Assembly: GCA_965235115.1 (NCBI GenBank)
Contig: OZ249436.1
Location: forward strand, 5,520,001-5,584,000
DNA length: 64,000 bases
From: Laetmonice hystrix
Lineage: Eukaryota
Direction of reading: 5' to 3'
A program made the translations under genes and the position numbers. Numbering within the stretch: the stretch's first letter is position 1; every line of letters begins with the position of its first letter. The notes under the pieces were generated by a model. That model was not told the origin of the DNA. It did not search any database and saw only the letters and a list, made by a program, of their open reading frames with translations. Below are positions 61,401 to 64,000 of the stretch, in pieces.

Positions 61401-64000
61401 AATGGCAGTGGGTTTGTTCTATTACTTTTATACTTTGAGACCAACAAGGAAATGTCTTTTTTAGGGTCTGAACACAATGACTCGAGCACGTGTATATCCA
61501 ATCGAAAAGGATTGTGTCAGTGTGCAGCCAAAACATGTTGACATAACAGGTGAGCGACACAAATATTTGTTTCTGGAGAACTATTTCAGACACAAAACCT
61601 GCTGCAGCCTCCCTGTAACATAAGCTCAGTCTGAACATAATAGATAAGACCTATTTTGACATGTAGACCATTGTCCTTATTGCAGACATATATACCTCTC
61701 AAGAAAATGTATCTCTACATGTCTCTGGAACCACACCGTCCTTGTTGATCTTGGGTGAGTTGCTTGCAATATTTATTTTCACTTGATCATACAACAGTAA
61801 AGTCACAAACCTTTCTATTTCAGATTGTATTTATTAATTTTCTACAGGTTCTGTTCCTTGATGTACTCAGAAATGCTTGATTCCATCTCAAAGAATCTTG
61901 ACTAATTCTAACGACATTCTAGTTATCGCTGGTTGTATTTTTGATCATTTTTTAAAAAAGGCATTGATTGACTGAATGTTTCAGATAAAAATGGAGGCTT
62001 GACAGACATATCTTTGGAGGATCAAAGCATTGGAGAGAGATCAAATCTACAACCTCTATCAAATATAATTGAAACCTCAGCTATCGAGAGTGTTAGTACA
62101 ACACATGTAGCAGTTGCTGGTATTACTGTGAATGATGCAGGTAAACCTCATTTTGTCTCATACCATTCTGGATCTTTACTGTAGTATTTCAAAGCTTGGA
62201 ATAATTAGAAAGAATTTTTTTTTAACCCATATTGTAACACTTAATATTTCTTATTACAGTTGGGTTTGGTATTTGGGATGCTAAGTTTGGAATTCTCCAT
62301 GATTGGAAAAAACTGCCACGGTCTTCTTCAGAACAGGTAGGTGAAGAAGGGAAAATGTCACTTGAAAGATTCTGTAAGAAAACAAGAATATATGCAGGCA
62401 AGGGGTCGCACCCTCTATTCCCCCTGATAATAATGTTATTTTGGCACATGGCTTTGTGCTGTTCTCATCTAGCGTAAAATTGTTACAAGAATAATTTTAT
62501 TTCAGCTAAGGCTGTTCAGCACTGAGAGCCACTTAGTTTTACTCTGTGGTGGAGTAATTTATGCAGCACCTTATACAGCAAAACCAGCAACACTAATAGC
62601 AGCACTTGGCAAGTTTAGCACCACTGGCGATAGCCTTTCTAAAGTAAGTATTTTTTTCTGTTTGAAAAAAGCATTATCCTGTCGAAATTATGCTACCAAC
62701 AAGAGAGCTGGCTTGAAAATCTCTTGTTGCGATTGATTGTTTGATTGATTGATCGATTGACCAGTTATTTACAGTTCACATAGATATTTGTAAGAAAGGA
62801 CTTTATAAACTAGGTATGGTTAAACTAATAGTGTCTCATAAAAATGTGCTAGGTAGATACTACATGGTATATTCAAAAGCTTATGAGCTGGAAGTGTTCA
62901 TCTTCCATGTTTGTGCAATATTTTGAGAGGAATGTTTTTTTCAGAATAAAACCTCAGACAACGTGCTGTCTACATTATTAGATGATCTTCATAAGGCTGG
63001 CAAGGTAAGAACATAATTTTGTAGGGAGGAACAACTGTTATACATTTTTATTTTCTGAATTTTGTTCTTTGCTTAAACATCAGCAACAGGTCTTCAGTCA
63101 TCGATTGTTTTGATAATGCGAAATGTCTTTTGAAAATTGCAGAAAGCTTCTCCTGAACTTTATCAAAAGACATTGCAGAGATTACAAGAATTACAAACCA
63201 AGAAGAATGAGTTTCCATTGGTGCAACATCAGGTGGCAGCATTTGTCAATAAATGCATTTCTGAGAGCAACCACTGGCCAGAGCAAGAACTTCACTACCT
63301 TATCAAGAAGAACATGGTTCCCCCAAGGTCAAATCATAATGCAATAATTTGTGTAATTTTTAATATTGAAAATTGATTTTCTTTTCAACTCTCATTACCT
63401 GTTTAAAAATATGAAGGAAATTAGTTTTACCAAATGCACTTGTAACAGCTCTATATTTTAGGTTGTAATCTCTAGGTTTGCCCAGAACTTGACTCCTTAC
63501 CTCCACAGATAGTGTGGCAAGCACGGGCCTGCTGACACATGGAGCCTTTTATTTATTTTGCCATAATTGTTTACCTTGCAGTCTTTCCATGGCAGTTGTT
63601 CACAGCCTGTGCTTGAAAAAAGACATACGACTTCTGCATGCTTGTCTTTTACATCTTAAAGAAATTCCAGAGGCTGCACTTGTAGAATGTCTTGGCTGCT
63701 TCCTTAGGTGAGTTTTCATTGTTAGAAAATCCTGAGGTTAGAGAATAACTTAAAGTTTTTATTTGTTCAAGCTTCTCTAAAAGTGTTGACCATAGATCTG
63801 TAGGCATCCTTGTGATTCACCAAAGAAGGGTAGGGGTTGGTCTTAATTGCCATCATCTCTGGAAGGGAGAATTGACCAGACCAGAAGCCGAGGGTTATTT
63901 ACTGGTAAATACTGACCGCTATTTTCATGTTTTAGTTCTCATGAATGTACCTACAATGGCATGAACGTCGAGGAGGAAGAATCAAGCACACCAGGCTTCT
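58422..64000 (+). CDS. NOL11: Nucleolar protein 11, multi-exon, 3'-partial (exons ~58422-58553, 60125-60238, 60578-60634, 60946-61146, 61465-61549, 61686-61753, 61985-62140, ~62260-62335, ~62506-62643, ~63143-63327, ~63562-63707 and others)
   Basis: Spliced peptide MATLGDMVRL...FIGIE...IRVYD/LRDTRPQRSWAS...SSAVVDFSSNSYVAV/KIRCWSEEDTNFDKAKK/...PLIVYSDG, later IWDAKFGIL, PYTAKPATLIAALGK and CLLHLKEIPEAALVECL, resembles the NOL11 pattern as I recall it; canonical splice sites. Confidence 0.85.
58751..59154. mobile_element. hAT-like MITE in NOL11 intron 1
   Basis: TIRs CAGTGATGACGGAA / TTCCGACATCACTG; 5-bp TSD AGTAG; poly-G tracts. Confidence 0.8.

Overview
Eukaryotic (invertebrate animal, probably lophotrochozoan/mollusc-like; inferred) genomic DNA with GT-AG introns. 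The minus strand carries most of a large multi-exon SMG1 gene (PIKK kinase of nonsense-mediated decay; ATG at 52303, running off the left edge). The plus strand carries the 5' part of NOL11 (ATG at 58422, running off the right edge), head-to-head with SMG1. The shared promoter region is split by a very young 5.3-kb Ty3/gypsy-type LTR element (apparently identical 673-bp LTRs, ATAT target duplication, tRNA-Leu PBS, PPT) that encodes an intact Gag but no pol and carries several CTCF-like motifs. A 12.8-kb SMG1 intron inside the kinase domain hosts a same-strand, single-coding-exon class A GPCR. SMG1 introns also contain an internally deleted piggyBac, many MITEs, and a recurrent class of tandem arrays built from the gene's own exon-intron junctions, which create dozens of decoy splice sites. 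Exon coordinates were read by eye and may be off by a few bases.
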